NCBI RefSeq assembly: GCF_006345805.1
Contig: NC_043003.1
Span: 74,214,001-74,278,000, forward strand
Source of the DNA: Octopus sinensis
Taxonomy: Eukaryota
DNA length: 64,000 bases
Reading direction: 5' to 3'
This document shows, piece after piece, positions 43,567 through 57,160 of this stretch. Each line of letters begins with the position of its first letter. Position 1 is the stretch's first letter. Both the position numbers and the translations under genes were made by a program. Under the pieces are notes generated by a model that did no database searches, was not told the origin of the DNA, and saw only the letters and a program-made list of their open reading frames with translations.

Positions 43567-44562
43567 CTATCTGGATGAAATCCACTCAATCACACGCCAG
43601 ATTTTACCATAACGATAAATACGCGTGTGGTTCAATTGATTACATCCGACGTTATAATTCAAATGCCCCAACTAACAGCGCGCCAAACTTTCACGGAAAA
43701 CAAATACAGCATTTAGAAATAAATGCAGCATAATTATAATTAATTAATAAGGGTGAGAGAATTAGATACTAATTTAATAGTATATCTATTCAACACCAAG
43801 TGGCCTAGTGCTCCGAGAAACCTGGATTATTATAATATTTTATAACATATTATAATATTTTTACAAAATAAATATAAGAGAGTGGTCACTATATGGCTCA
43901 CTCTAGCACCAGTTAATCCAAAAGGTTTCAACCACGAAAATACATGTTTCCCATGAAAGTCAGTACGATTGTTAGCTCACACGGACAGGGCAAATAAAAA
44001 ATAACAAAAATACAGATTATTTTGGGACAATTGTTTCGCTATTAATGAATTAAATGTAATTAAGTAAAATTACATTTAATTCATTAATAGCGAAACAATT
44101 GTCCCAAAATAATCTGTATTTTTGTTATTTTTTATTTGCCCTGTCCGTGTGAGCTAACAATCGTACTGACTTTCATGGGAAACATGTATTTTCGTGGTTG
44201 AAACCTTTTGGATTAACTGGTGCTAGAGTGAGCCATATAGTGACCACTCTCTTATATTTATTTTGTAAAAATATTATAATATGTTATAAAATATTATAAT
44301 AATCCAGGTTTCTCGGAGCACTAGGCCACTTGGTGTTGAATAGATATACTATTAAATTAGTATCTAATTCTCTCACCCTTATTAATTAATTATAATTATG
44401 CTGCATTTATTTCTAAATGCTGTATTTGTTTTCCGTGAAAGTTTGGCGCGCTGTTAGTTGGGGCATTTGAATTATAACGTCGGATGTAATCAATTGAACC
44501 ACACGCGTATTTATCGTTATGGTAAAATCTGGCGTGTGATTGAGTGGATTTCATCCAGATAG

Positions 44563-44645
44563 TTTTGGCTGACGAGCTACAAATGGATTTTTTTTGTAAG
44601 TAAAATTACATTTAATTCATTAATAGCGAAACAATTGTCCCAAAA
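44563..44645 (+). ncRNA. Type-I hammerhead ribozyme with canonical core, extended stem II and palindromic loop 3
   Basis: Stem I UUUUGG/CCAAAA; CUGACGA 44569-44575; stem II GCUA...UAGC 44576-44627; GAAAC 44628-44632; AAUU; GUC 44637-44639 (predicted cleavage after 44639). Confidence 0.92.
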
Positions 44646-44920
44646 TAATCTGTATTTTTGTTATTTTTTATTTGCCCTGTCCGTGTGAGCTAACAATCGT
44701 ACTGACTTTCATGGGAAACATGTATTTTCGTGGTTGAAACCTTTTGGATTAACTGGTGCTAGAGTGAGCCATATAGTGACCACTCTCTTATATTTATTTT
44801 GTAAAAATATTATAATATGTTATAAAATATTATAATAATCCAGGTTCTCGGAGCACTAGGCCACTTGGTGTTGAATAGATATACTATTAAATTAGTATCT
44901 AATTCTCTCACCCTTATTAA

Positions 44921-45000
<80 letters not shown>

Positions 45001-45193
45001 CTATATATGAAGGATACCCATAAACAAGTGTTACTGTTTATGTAGTTCAGGCTTCCACCGCTAGCGATTTCAGTGCAGTCGCACTTTGTTTTGTATTGCT
45101 TCTCCCCTTTTCGTCGACTGGCATGATCAACACACATGCTTACATGTGGTTTACGGTTCCTTTTGGGTACCCATATATATATATATATTTTTT

Positions 45194-45533
45194 CTTTGAC
45201 CCCCTTCGGTCAGACACTGACCATGGGTTTGCACCTAGAGAGTTACCCTCTGAGGCACAAGTCTGGGCAAGGTTGTTTTATGGAAGACCAGCAGTCGCCC
45301 ATGCATACCGGTCTTCCCTCTCCACGTCACCGATGTTGTCCAAGGGAAAGGCAAAGGGGCCGATACAGCTTGGCACCTGTGACGTCGCAACTCATTTCTA
45401 CAGCTGAGTGAACTGGAGCAACGTGAAATAAAGTGTCTTGCTCAAGAACACAACACGCAGCCCGGTCCGGGATTCGAGCTCACAACCTCACGATCGTAAG
45501 CTCGACGCACTAACCACTGAGCCACGCGCCTTC
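45194..45533 (-). mobile_element. tRNA-derived SINE, family B
   Basis: Minus-strand head ggcgcgtggctcagtggttag (A box) ...gagctcgaatccc (B box), then ttcttgagcaagacact body; flanked by TA runs. Confidence 0.9.
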
Positions 45534-45535
45534 AT

Positions 45536-45597
<62 letters not shown>

Positions 45598-47279
45598 GTG
45601 TGTGTGTGTGTATGTATGTATGTATGTATGTATGTATGCGCGTTTTCATGTTAAAGTCTAATTTGATGTTTCATAGAGTAAACCAACAGCATGCCATATT
45701 TGCGAGTTTTCGAGTCAGCGTTCTTAAAATACATTGATGTAAGGAAGGAATTTTTGAAAGTAGTTGGGAACCTGGATATAGTACATGAGCAGCATAATTA
45801 ATGGAAAAACCTGCAGTATGAATTCACAGGTAATGCATTTTTCACCATCTACACTTTCAGGTTGGGCTCTGAAAACCATAACAGACACCGCAGAATTCAT
45901 AAATAAACGACATATCAGAGGTATATTGCATTCCGAGGTTCACAATAAACTTAGTTTGCTAAAACAGGGACAGTATTTGTATTTCGAATATCATTTAATA
46001 AAACGAGTTTTCATTACAAAACTTGCTTACCCGTCTTTTTGTCTTACAGTATTTTTTTGTATTTCTTGGCGAAACGACGATTAAGCTATTTAGTATTTAG
46101 TCGCACTTGTATTTTATATTTGTGCACGAGTGTACATATTTGTTTGCCTTTGTTGTTTGCAGTATAATTTCCAGCTAATGCTCAACAGTCACTTTTTGTG
46201 GAGAGAAAAATACAGAAAAAGTAAAATTTCTAAATATACAGCAGAGGAGGTCGGAACCGCACATTTAAATGTGGCTGAAACACTAATAACGTAAATAAAA
46301 ATATTTATCGTTATCATCATCGTTTTGAAGGTTGAAGTATGTAGCAATACTGAACATTAAACATTGTTCATGAATAATTTTAGCATTAAGTCGCTACCGA
46401 AGGCGGGTTACTTATAATGATATATTGGCGTTTACTGTCGACTTCACTAATGTATACACTAGATGTCACAAATACACTGTATTTAGAGTTAGAGCACGCT
46501 CCAGATGGTGAAGTGAAACGAAGCGAAATTATTGTTGGAGACTTATCTGAATCTAAATAGTCAATCCCAAAATTCCCGCTATCAATTACCGACAACTATG
46601 TGTCTGCCTTCTGAATCAGTATATTATAAGGCTCTATGTATAGAAATATGACAGAACATTAGTAACGAATTTGAACTCGTGACGTTATTAGACGATAATG
46701 CAATACTTTATCTTCTCACCTCTCACCCTCAGACGAAATCTTCATAATATTTAAATACCACCTGTCAGCAACGTCCGTTCTTTCCTATCATTATTTTGTA
46801 TAATGTCAAACAATATAGAATTATTGACAGGCTGTCCATTTATTTAGCTATGCATGATGAAGAAAATCTAAATTATCTGACGCAGTTTCGGTGCGTTTTA
46901 TTATTTTTTCTTCATGCAATATTCAATTATTTTATATAGTTTCAATACATCCTACTAACAGCAATGAATATTTCATAAAATTCATCATTAATATTCCCAT
47001 TGCTCTTATCGTTGTAATTGTCGATCGTGTTTTGGCTCACATATAAGGTGTTTGCTTCTAGTTACATTTTTCATCTAAAATTTAAAAATGCTGATTGTTG
47101 ATCTTCATGTAATAATTCTATTTGCGAGTTTTATTGTTTTCAATAATATGCTGTTCTTCCTCGACGGTAGCTTAAAACAATTTCATTTGCGTGTTGCTCT
47201 TTAAATATTCATCGTAAGTCGAAGGTATCCAGTTACACATTCCAGCTATTTCAACCGATATAATACGAAATAAATAACA

Positions 47280-47672
47280 TTGGTTTTAAGATTTGGAACA
47301 AGGCAAGCATTTTCGGCGCAGGGATAAATCGATTACATAACTCTCCGCCTCCCCTGTGCTTCACATGGTATTATTCAACCTCGGAGGAATTTGCATTGAG
47401 AACGTGAAAACGAACTAAGAATATGAAGACGGGCGAAGCAGATTTGCCCGGCATGTTAAAAATTCTGCCAACTTACTTATTATGCTATTGATTTCAAATT
47501 TTGGATCAAGGCGAGCAATTTCGGGGGAGGGAACACGTCAAAGAGCCCAGTGCTGTCTGGTATTTGGTTTATTAACCCCAAACTAATGAGGGCAAAATTG
47601 CTTTCAACGGAATTTGAAAGCAGAACGTAAAAAAAAGATGAAATGCATTTTTTCCGGCGTGCTAACTCACCA
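47280..47672 (-). mobile_element. Two adjacent decayed copies of SINE family C
   Basis: 47280-47475 and 47488-47672 resemble each other and the reverse complement of 51030-51218. Confidence 0.75.
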
Positions 47673-47708
47673 CCGTAGTAGTAGAAGTAGTAGTAATAAT
47701 AATAATAA

Positions 47709-47760
<52 letters not shown>

Positions 47761-48189
47761 TGTAGTAGTAGCAGCAGTAGCAGCAGCCGTAGTAGTGGCA
47801 GTAGTAGTAGTAGCAGTAGTAGTGGTGGTGGTGGTGGTTGTGGAGGTGGTGGTGGCCACAAGAGTTGCTAACAACATTTAAGACAAAACATAGACATGGA
47901 ACTGTGAGCATTTACTTTAAAAACGTGCAAACAATTCTAACAATAACAATTAACAATTTTCTTTAAAAAACAAAACTCTGCGCTATTGAGGTGGGTGAAA
48001 GACAGTGGCAACAGACGAAGCCCACAGATACCAATCCATCCCACCCATCAGAATTACCATCGTAAGTTATCTTTTTCCTTAATACTCAGTTAACATGTGA
48101 CAACTTAAGCCCAATTACTTGGACCATCTTTGCCTCATTCACTCACATTTCAACGAATTTACTGGAGATGTGTGTAGCACATCAATCTC

Positions 48190-48700
48190 AACCACTACCC
48201 TACTTTTCAGATAAAATATATCGATGACATATTGGCTGATAGGTGGACTCGTCCTACATCAGATGCAGCTGTTCGAAATTATTCCACCAGTCAGCAAAGA
48301 GCGATCAGCGCTTGCAGGACAGCTGCTTCCTCCGGAGCGTCTCGGGCCGGCAGTAAACCAAGTGATTGCACCAGCTGCCCTACTATACTTGAAGAGATTA
48401 TTCCGAAGTAGCAATGCTCCTAAATACTCCGAATGAGAAAAGTCAGTTGACTATTGTCGACAAGCGCTGACCTCTTAGTTATCACTTTGGCCAAATATTT
48501 CAAATATGCATTTAACAGAATTATTGGTCTCAAGTTGCTAAAAATCACTCTCCTTCTTATTCTTAAAATCCTTTCTCAGCATCACAATCACCACTCATTC
48601 CTCACGTCTGAGTATTTTCCCGTTCTGCTCCCAGTTGCAGTTGACGTTTACCAACAGGACAGCTAGCAAGTTTGTGTCACATCACGATGGATCTCTTAGA
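48190..48700 (-). mobile_element. L1/Tx1-like RT remnant
   Basis: Minus strand ~48455-48545 reads FSNLRPIILLNAYLKYLAKVITKR (compare NWRPISLLN.DYKILAKVL..R). Confidence 0.55.
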
Positions 48701-49719
48701 GCCGCAGTGGCAGCGGTAGGAGCTACATTCAATAAATATGTGAAATTTGTATGTCATATATATAAGAATTTTTGATTTTGTTATCGTCCATACAATAACA
48801 GGTTCCTTACAGTGACCGTCCCCAATTATTTGGACACAGAAATATGGTAACTAACTTCCCTTCTGCATAAGAATGATACATCGGGTGATATAAAATGTGA
48901 TTGCCTGTGCAGTCTTAGTAAACAAAGGACTTTATTACGAAAAGTCAAAGATCCAAGTACTCTGCACTATATGTTTTTCCTGTACCCAATTGAAAAATAA
49001 TAGCATCTTGATAGAGAGGGTTAAGATTGTTCCGCATTATACACATTGAAATGAAGATTGAAATAACGGGAATGTAGAATATGTACTCAGCCATAGTGCA
49101 TGTCATTGAAGCATAAAGTGTTTAAAAAATGAATAAATGTTCAGTACACTTGCAAATACGGTAAACAAGATAAACCGCATTTCTACGAATGATATATATG
49201 CTGAGTGAAACATTAACTATAACGGTAACTACTTTAAGCTAATCTCGTCTACTTTGCGGTTACAGAAATCTGTAGAGTACATCTAGCCTTATCACAACAA
49301 CAATAACTAAAATAATAATAGTAATAGTAATAATAATAATGATAATAATAGTAATAATAATAATAATAATAATGTTTATCAGTTTAAAATATCACAAATC
49401 AGATTACATATACTCTACAAAAAAAATACGGGGAAAAGATATAAGTAGCACTGAAAACTAGAAAATAAATCACAAAACATTGAATACAAACACACTATGG
49501 TACTCCCAAAAGACACAACACCGCCCAGCTCAAAATATATACTTGCACCTGTACCAAGCTGTATAAGCTTGCTTCATAGAGTATAGAGTTTAAATCAGGA
49601 AGGAAATAATAATGATTATTTAGAGAAACGCTGTACACATACAAAAGCATACTTATATATATATATATATATGCACACAAACACAAGTAATATATATATA
49701 TATATATATATATACATAC

Positions 49720-49790
<71 letters not shown>

Positions 49791-49853
49791 TGCACACAAA
49801 CACAAGTAATATATATATATATATATTATATATATATATATATACATACATAA

Positions 49854-49908
<55 letters not shown>

Positions 49909-51029
49909 CATATATGCACACAAACACAGTACATACATACATATATACACACACACACATATATATATGTATACATACGCATATATATATATATGCACAC
50001 ATTCAGGCGCATATGTATATATACACACACACACACACGCATATATATATATATATATATATATATGTTTGGATGGATGTACATGTAATTTGGTATATGT
50101 ATGTATATATCTATATTTATAGATAGGTCGAGGCAGACAGGTAGATAGATAGATAGATAGATAGGTAGATCGATAAAAAGAAAGATAGTTATATACATTA
50201 CTAATAGTATATTAACTGTTGTAGAAATATAAGAAAAAGAGAAATGTTATTACTGATAATACTATGCCTACCACCACAAATATAGAATCACAAATAAATT
50301 TATAAACATGTAACAGTGAAATAGAAAAATCGAAAGATCTTCTGGATACAGTACGAAAATAGTAGTCATTATGTATGGACCAATCATCGTTTACCGTGGA
50401 GACTCGACAAATTCACATAATCGATACAGACTAATGTTCTCTCTTTAGTTTCTTCTTGGAATCTCTTTAGCCTTAAGCAGTTCATTATAGTTGAATAAAC
50501 TAACATCACATCGGTTAGACTGCCGGAAAAAGAAACGTCACTTTTCTGATGGCAATCAACGCACAGAATATAAACATGTTATATACATGTATATTCTCTA
50601 ATGTTTACAAACACAAACACACACACTCACACACACACACACACATACACACACGTACTGACACGCGTACTTATCACATCTAACGCCCATGCAAATTTAA
50701 TATAAAAAACAACACTGGAATGAGAGGAAAACAGAAGAGAAACACATTTTCTTACACACAGCTGTTACAATCACATGGATGCCTTGTTATGAAGCTAAAA
50801 GTATTTTTAAAGAAATATTCCCATGCACACACATATATCATTACACACAGAGGCACACACATACATGTATATTCACAATAAAATGCATAATTTTCCTCAC
50901 AAAATATATTCCGAAATAAAAAGAACACACCAACGCACAGGCGCGTGTATGAGCGCGCACGTGTGTGTATGTGTGTGTGTGTGTGTGTGTATGTGTGTGT
51001 GTGTGTGTGTATGTGTGTGTGTGTGTTTA

Positions 51030-51218
51030 GTAGAATCGTTAGCACGCCAGGCAAAATGCTTAGCGGCATTCCGTACATTGAGTTCAAATTCCGCCGAGGC
51101 AGCATTTGCCTTTCATATTTTCGGGGTTGATAACAGTACAAGTTGAACACTGAGGTCGCTGTGATCGACTCTTCCCCTCCCCCATATTGCTGCCCTAGTG
51201 GCAAAATCTGAAGTCATT
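51030..51218 (+). mobile_element. tRNA-derived SINE, family C
   Basis: agaatcgttagcacgcc..gagttcaaattcc (B box)..tttgcctttcat..ttcggggttgataa. Confidence 0.82.
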
Positions 51219-51270
51219 TTATTATAATTATTATTATTTTTTATTATTATTATCATTATCATTATTATTA

Positions 51271-51313
<43 letters not shown>

Positions 51314-51339
51314 TATTATTATAAACGATGCACAGTATA

Positions 51340-51888
51340 CAATGCCGTGTGGTTGTTAATTAAAGATATTTTGTCCACCAGGGGTTTGCACTGTTTGCCA
51401 GGTCACATTAAGGTCCTCAGACAGATAGTATTTTACGCAATATGTGTGCACTTCCATGTGATGTCGACTATTGCCATACACCTAGATTGTAAGGTATTTC
51501 TAAATTATTCAGATGGCTTTTCAGACTTGGTGGTATTGAACCCAATGCTCCGATGACAATACAGATAAACTTAGTTTGATTCTCGTAGCTGCCACATCTT
51601 AGCTATCTCAGGTCTCCATATATATCAATCTTTCCTCTTTCTTTCGTGGCCATATGTTGATTTCCTAGCACTGCCACGTCAATTATTAGGCACTCTAGTT
51701 TGTCCCTCCTAAAGATTACTCTATCTAGCCTTCGTTCTCTCATATCTTGTGTCCCTGGAAGTGGATTTTTTTCCTTCCCCTTTTCGTCCATTACGTTTTC
51801 TGGTGTATGTTGGTACCAAACACTCCTAACCTCATATCCATACGGCATAGTAGCCAGTAGGTTTTGGGCTACCTGGTCGTGTTTACAC

Positions 51889-51890
<2 letters not shown>
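51340..51890 (-). mobile_element. R4/Dong-type endonuclease 3' fragment between TTA arrays
   Basis: ORF 51603-51848: WYQHTPE..ERRLD..ECLIIDVAV..KERGKIDIYGDLR. Confidence 0.85.
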
Positions 51891-51937
<47 letters not shown>

Positions 51938-51950
51938 TATTATTATTATT

Positions 51951-52499
51951 GAGTGAGAGAGCAGTTCATGCCATCAAAGTGACACTGGGGTAAAATATAC
52001 GAAGCCCAATATACCCATCATGACTACCCGTCTCATAAGGGCACACCAGGCACATGCATCACAACCATATGTGCGCGACATGGTGATCTCATATCAAGAT
52101 AAACAGCACATGACCTTGCAGGTGGGGCCCAGTTAGAATTTTCTTCAGGTTGAGTAGCCCATCCCGCTCAAGCGGTCCCTGAATAAGGGTTGTTTAAGGA
52201 TGTTGAAAGAACCACCCATGTTTCCAGAGGTGAATTATTCAAACCCCAATGAATCCCTCTCAATACATGGCTATGATGCTCCCCCACTACTTCTGCTCGT
52301 GATCAGAGATGCACATATCGTCAGCCACTAAGGGACATGCTCAACTGGTTAAGGTCAAACAACTAACAAGCAAATCTATGGTATTGAGCAGAATATTTGC
52401 TGTAGCCCATCTTTTATACCAAGACAAAACAATGTACATGATAACACTTCCAATCAGTTAAGATCAGAAGCCATGAGAACCAAAGCCTGGTACTGCATC
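51951..52499 (-). mobile_element. 556-bp TAA-associated element, diverged copy
   Basis: Colinear with 28832-29387 with scattered substitutions; lacks the last ~7 nt; TTA-flanked. Confidence 0.92.
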
Positions 52500-52504
52500 T
52501 ATTA

Positions 52505-52553
<49 letters not shown>

Positions 52554-52649
52554 AATAACAATTACTCTTACTAGTATTATTATTATTATTATTATTATTA
52601 TATTATTATTATTATTATATTATTATTATTATTTATTATTATTATTCTA

Positions 52650-53310
52650 ACGCATGCCTGTTTGGCTGGTGTTGTATTTTGAGGTTCGGTGATAACAAAT
52701 TTCCTCAAATCTCAGGAATTAAATTAATTTCTCTCTCTCTACTAGGTAAATTTTTGAGGGTTTTTTTTTTCAGGTGGACCAATTACTAGAGGAAATGTTG
52801 ACTCGCTCTTCCACATCTCTGAACAGATCTTGTTATTCTTCAGTTTCTTCAATCCCTTTAGAGTAGTTCGGAGTTTCTGTTAACATACGGAATTGCCAAA
52901 TCTATAATCTTGCACTGTTTAATTTTTCCTCTATAATCTTGTTTGTTCTTCCTGCTTCAATAGAATGGCCAATCTTTGACAAGATCTTGTAGTTCCTATT
53001 TTCTGTCACGGCCTCTTTGTCGTGTTCATACCGTTTATCTGTTGTTTTGATATAACATACTTATCTAATCTCCCAATGAACTCTTGGCCTACACTCTCAT
53101 GTCTGCGCTTGTATTCCTTTTTTGTGCTAACATACTGCACTCAATCTAAATGTAATTGATATTCTCGTCTCCTTTCTTGCAGATTCTACTTTTGTTGTCC
53201 AACTACGTTTTGTCTAACGTTGCCTTTACCACATTTGTCTTAAAAGTTTCTTCATGGCAAGTTATATTTGATGTTTCTGGTTTACATTTCAGGTCCCTAT
53301 CCGTCTACCA
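52650..53310 (-). mobile_element. Decayed R4/Dong 3' fragment
   Basis: Minus strand shows KEYKRRHE..HWE near 53075-53120, a C..C..H..C remnant and VIG near 52780; abuts TTA. Confidence 0.65.
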
Positions 53311-54449
53311 AAAGTAGAAAATGTTCATGCGATTATATATCTTTCTATTTGTTCATTCTGTTGCACTTCCTTTTCTCTTTGAACCCTCTTTCTGCTTCAG
53401 TCACATTTTGGATATGAGACGTTAACAAAAATTGTCTTTGTTTACTCTGTACGACATAATTTTTCAGACTTAGTATCTCAGTGTCAACATTATCCACCGT
53501 GTTTGTTGTTTTTCATTTCTATTATTATCGTGATGTAAACACTTAGCTTGTTTCGCTGAATAAGATGGAAAGTGTCACTATGTACAACATACTTTATGAA
53601 AGCATATATATCGCACTACTAACGGTATGTCCAACATTGATTTCTTTTCTTAGTCTTCCTTGACAACAAACAACGTCTAATGGATTAGCCTCGTTGTTCT
53701 TGTCTCTGTGTACGATGTCTTTCCATTCTCGGAGATATTTTTGTCACGCCTGCTTATAATAGCTCTTTTCCCATAGGTATTTTATAGCAATTTGTGGTGC
53801 AGAAGAATGTATTCCTACAAAGTTATATATTGCAAGAAGAGAAAGTATTTTATGAGCTTCTTCCACATCTCATTACTCTCCTATCAGCTGTAATACTCTA
53901 CCTACTTACGAACCATAGTAGCTCTGGAATGTTTTACCCTTTGCAGCTTTTAGAACACTTCACCCTCTTTTTAGTATTCTATATAGCTCAGTAAGTTTTG
54001 GAAGAGATATATATTTGTCTTGTTACGTTTTCTTCAGTTTCTCCAATATTGGACATATATGTGCTTCGCTTTAAGTTGCTTTTTGATAGCATTTTGCAAA
54101 CAGAAATATATATTAGAAATTAGGTGTTAATTATTTTTGTTGTTTTTTAAATATCCATTTTGTAGTGCAACCACTGTTTTCTATTTGTTAGTACCAATGA
54201 AGAGGGAGAACAGAATATGTGTTTCATGTATATTTGTAGTTATTTTCCATGATTCTCTAAGTAGTAATTTCATATTCTTTGAAGCATATTTTGTAACTGG
54301 CTAGTCGTTGTTGGATACACATGACACTACCTGCTCTAAATAAAAGTAATTCTGTCGTATATTTTAAAGTTTATTCTCAAATTCTTCAATATTTAGGTTA
54401 TTTTGCACCCAATTATTATTATTATGATCATTATTATTTCATTGTCTTT

Positions 54450-55570
54450 TCAGAACTTCTAACGCTGGAGCTGTACTACGGTGTCAGTTGTTAACTACCA
54501 GTAAGCTAAGGTAACACCCCTTATTTTTCGAACACAATCCAGAGTAATTGAGCTATTCCAAGCAGTGCTGTTTACTGCAAGTGTCCCACCCTTATTGCAG
54601 CCATATTTGTTCCATGTATTTCTCAAGATGTTTATTCACTGTTCCTAGGGCTCCGATAAATATTGGTACTACTACCAAGTTTTTCATCTATCACAACTGC
54701 TTAACCTCACAAGCTAACTTGTCATATCTGTCGATTTTCTTTCTTCCTTATCGCATACTTTGTTGTCAGTTGGGCATGCGATATCTGAGATCCAGCATCG
54801 TTTGCTTCCTTGTTTCCTATTCTCTATCTCATGGTCACACTGAATCATAATTTCTCAGATCTTTGCATTATCGTTTTCGATGATGATTTCGGGTTTTCTC
54901 ATACTACGTTTTTGCACTGTCTAGTCCATACTAGTTGCAAAGTGTCCAATGGAAGAGAATGGCTGTCTTGTCATGACGTCTCTTATATTCTTTCTGGGTT
55001 AGTGACGTACATTTACTGGTAATATGCCATACGGTTTCACTATTTTGCCGACGAATTCTGTATTTAACACTGTCTGATGTGTTGTCTATTCTGTACTTGA
55101 TTTAATTTGTTCTGAACACTTCCTCTTTGGCAGCAAAAAAGAGCCTCAGTTTCCAGTTTTAAATCAGTTTTTGTCATCCATAGCCATCTTTCTTGTCTGT
55201 CTATCTTTTCTGGAACATCCTTATGAAATTCTCCAAGCATTATTTTCTTTATCCACCTATTTTTAGTTTCATTCATTCGCAGGTACTTGTACAGTGCTTT
55301 ATCTATGCAATATTCCATCCTACACAAACCGGACGTTCATACTTCCACTAAATGCGGTTCCTTGACATATTTTACATACCATATAATGTAGTTTTCTTCT
55401 CCTCTAATGCTGTGATCACATCCAATCAATCTTCGTGCCCCTCTTTTTCTTCGTATATACAGACTGTCTGTGTCACATTTTGGGGGGAGTATCCTATATC
55501 TAGTCCTTCCTTATCGTTCTGTTTAAGCTCTTTAGTTCGTCTACTGTCCATGCGATTACCCCTGCTCCAT
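54450..55570 (-). mobile_element. Decayed R4/Dong 3' fragment
   Basis: ORF 55064-55327 WLWMTKTDLKLETEALFC; VVPIFIGALGTV at ~54635-54675; 3' UTR next to a TTA tract. Confidence 0.8.
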
Positions 55571-55699
55571 ATTTATTATTATTATTATTGTTGTTGTTGT
55601 TGTTGTTGTTATCATATGTTTGCTGGAACTCGTCGAGTCTTGCTTGCGTAGCAGGCTTGCTACCTTCGGTACCATGCTATTCGTTCTTTTCCGTTATAC

Positions 55700-55910
55700 A
55701 TTAGTTATACATTACTGTCCTGATTATTTTGGCCGGTGGTAATTGGAGCTTTAGGAGCAGCTTCCAAGGGCTTTGAAAAACATAATAAGAATATTCGAGG
55801 TGATTCAAAGGACAGAATTGTTGGGTACAGTTCGTAGTTTAAGGAGAGCATTGTCTCATTGAGTCACAGAAGGCACTGCTTGAAATCTTTGGTGATTTAT
55901 TATTGCCTGC
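55700..55910 (+). mobile_element. R4/Dong endonuclease C-terminal fragment, opposite orientation
   Basis: PVVIGALGA at ~55733-55760 and LLGTVR near 55820. Confidence 0.6.
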
Positions 55911-56034
55911 TTTCATGTAAAGAATAACCGATAGTGCAGAACTATCTGAGAATTTTTCAGAATAAAAATAGAACTACTACTACTACTACTACTACTACTA
56001 ATAATAATAATAATAATAATAATACTACTACTAC

Positions 56035-56067
<33 letters not shown>

Positions 56068-56459
56068 AAACAGTCATCATAGTCGTCGTGGTCGACATCA
56101 TTATTATCAACATCACAGTCATTACAATTTTTTCCTGATCGTTTCTAGGCCCTGTAGCTAATGGAAATTCTGACCAAATGTATACTGAAAGGGACAGATG
56201 TGCTGTTATACATTGAGGTAGTTACTTTAGAAATATGTGTTCAAGTTGACATTTAATGCATCGGGGCACTCCTTTATCTTTATAATAACTCAAGATTACT
56301 TTATTTACTTACAGATAAAAACAATGAAATATACATGAAAAGTCATGAAAATTGAATTGCGTATGTGGAACAACGCCTTATAACGATTTTAAAACATTGT
56401 AACTATTGTTTTTTGAATGTGGCCAAGTGTGGTCAAATTAGGGAATGATCATTTCTGCC

Positions 56460-56821
56460 AAATGTAAATAAGTGTCAAAAGGCCTGATGTCTCCCAATCA
56501 TTTTTTTTATTAATGGCTAGTTTTAATTTAAAATACATCGGCAATTAAATAAATTGCACGCAAAATCTTTAGAAAGTGCTATGTCACGAACCAAAACTTT
56601 CAATTTCCCCATAAAATCCGTTCGTTGGAATAAGAAAAACAGAACTGGCACATTCAAAGTATAAGTTCATTCAAACAATTTTGAAATTGTAAAATTTAAG
56701 GACGCATAATAATTTGGATTTTAATCAAAGCACAATTTCAAGCAGTGACACTTGGATCGTAAATGTATATTTTTTGATTCAACATTTAACGCTAAATACG
56801 TCCACTTAAAATAGAATAATT
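56460..56821 (+). repeat. Left arm of a ~362-bp long-range inverted repeat
   Basis: Near-identical reverse complement of 60485-60845. Confidence 0.95.
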
Positions 56822-56832
56822 ACATATATATA

Positions 56833-57160
56833 TACTCTTTAGTCTTTTACTTGTTTCAGTTATTTGACTGCGGCCATTTCTGGAGCACCGCCTTTATTCG
56901 AAGAAATCGACCCCTGGACTTTTTCTTTATAAGCCTAGTACTTATTCTATCGGTCTCTTTTGCCGAACCGCTAGGCTACGGGGACATAAGCACACCAGCA
57001 TCGGTTATCTTCAGTTTCCGTCTACCAAATCCACTCACAAGGCTTTGGTCTTCCCGAAGCTATAATAGAAGACACTTGCCGAAGATACCTCGCAGTGGGA
57101 CTGAACCGGAAACCATGTGTTTGGTAAGCAAGCTATTTACCACGTAGCCACTCCTGCGCC
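56833..57160 (-). mobile_element. SINE family A, lacking the internal microsatellite segment
   Basis: Colinear with 13014-13418; intact 5' head ggcgcaggagtggct. Confidence 0.9.

Larger units (their letters stand above)
43329..44926. mobile_element. Retrozyme / Penelope pseudo-LTR-like array: 536-bp tandem unit in inverted arrangement, inserted in (TA)n
   Basis: Period 536 (43329/43865; 44092/44628). 43329-44061 is the reverse complement of 44068-44800. TA tracts on both sides and no internal ORF. Confidence 0.88.

Noticed and set aside
43329-44926. CRISPR array or prokaryotic system
   Set aside because: Eukaryotic context, no repeat-spacer structure and no cas-like ORFs anywhere in the window.
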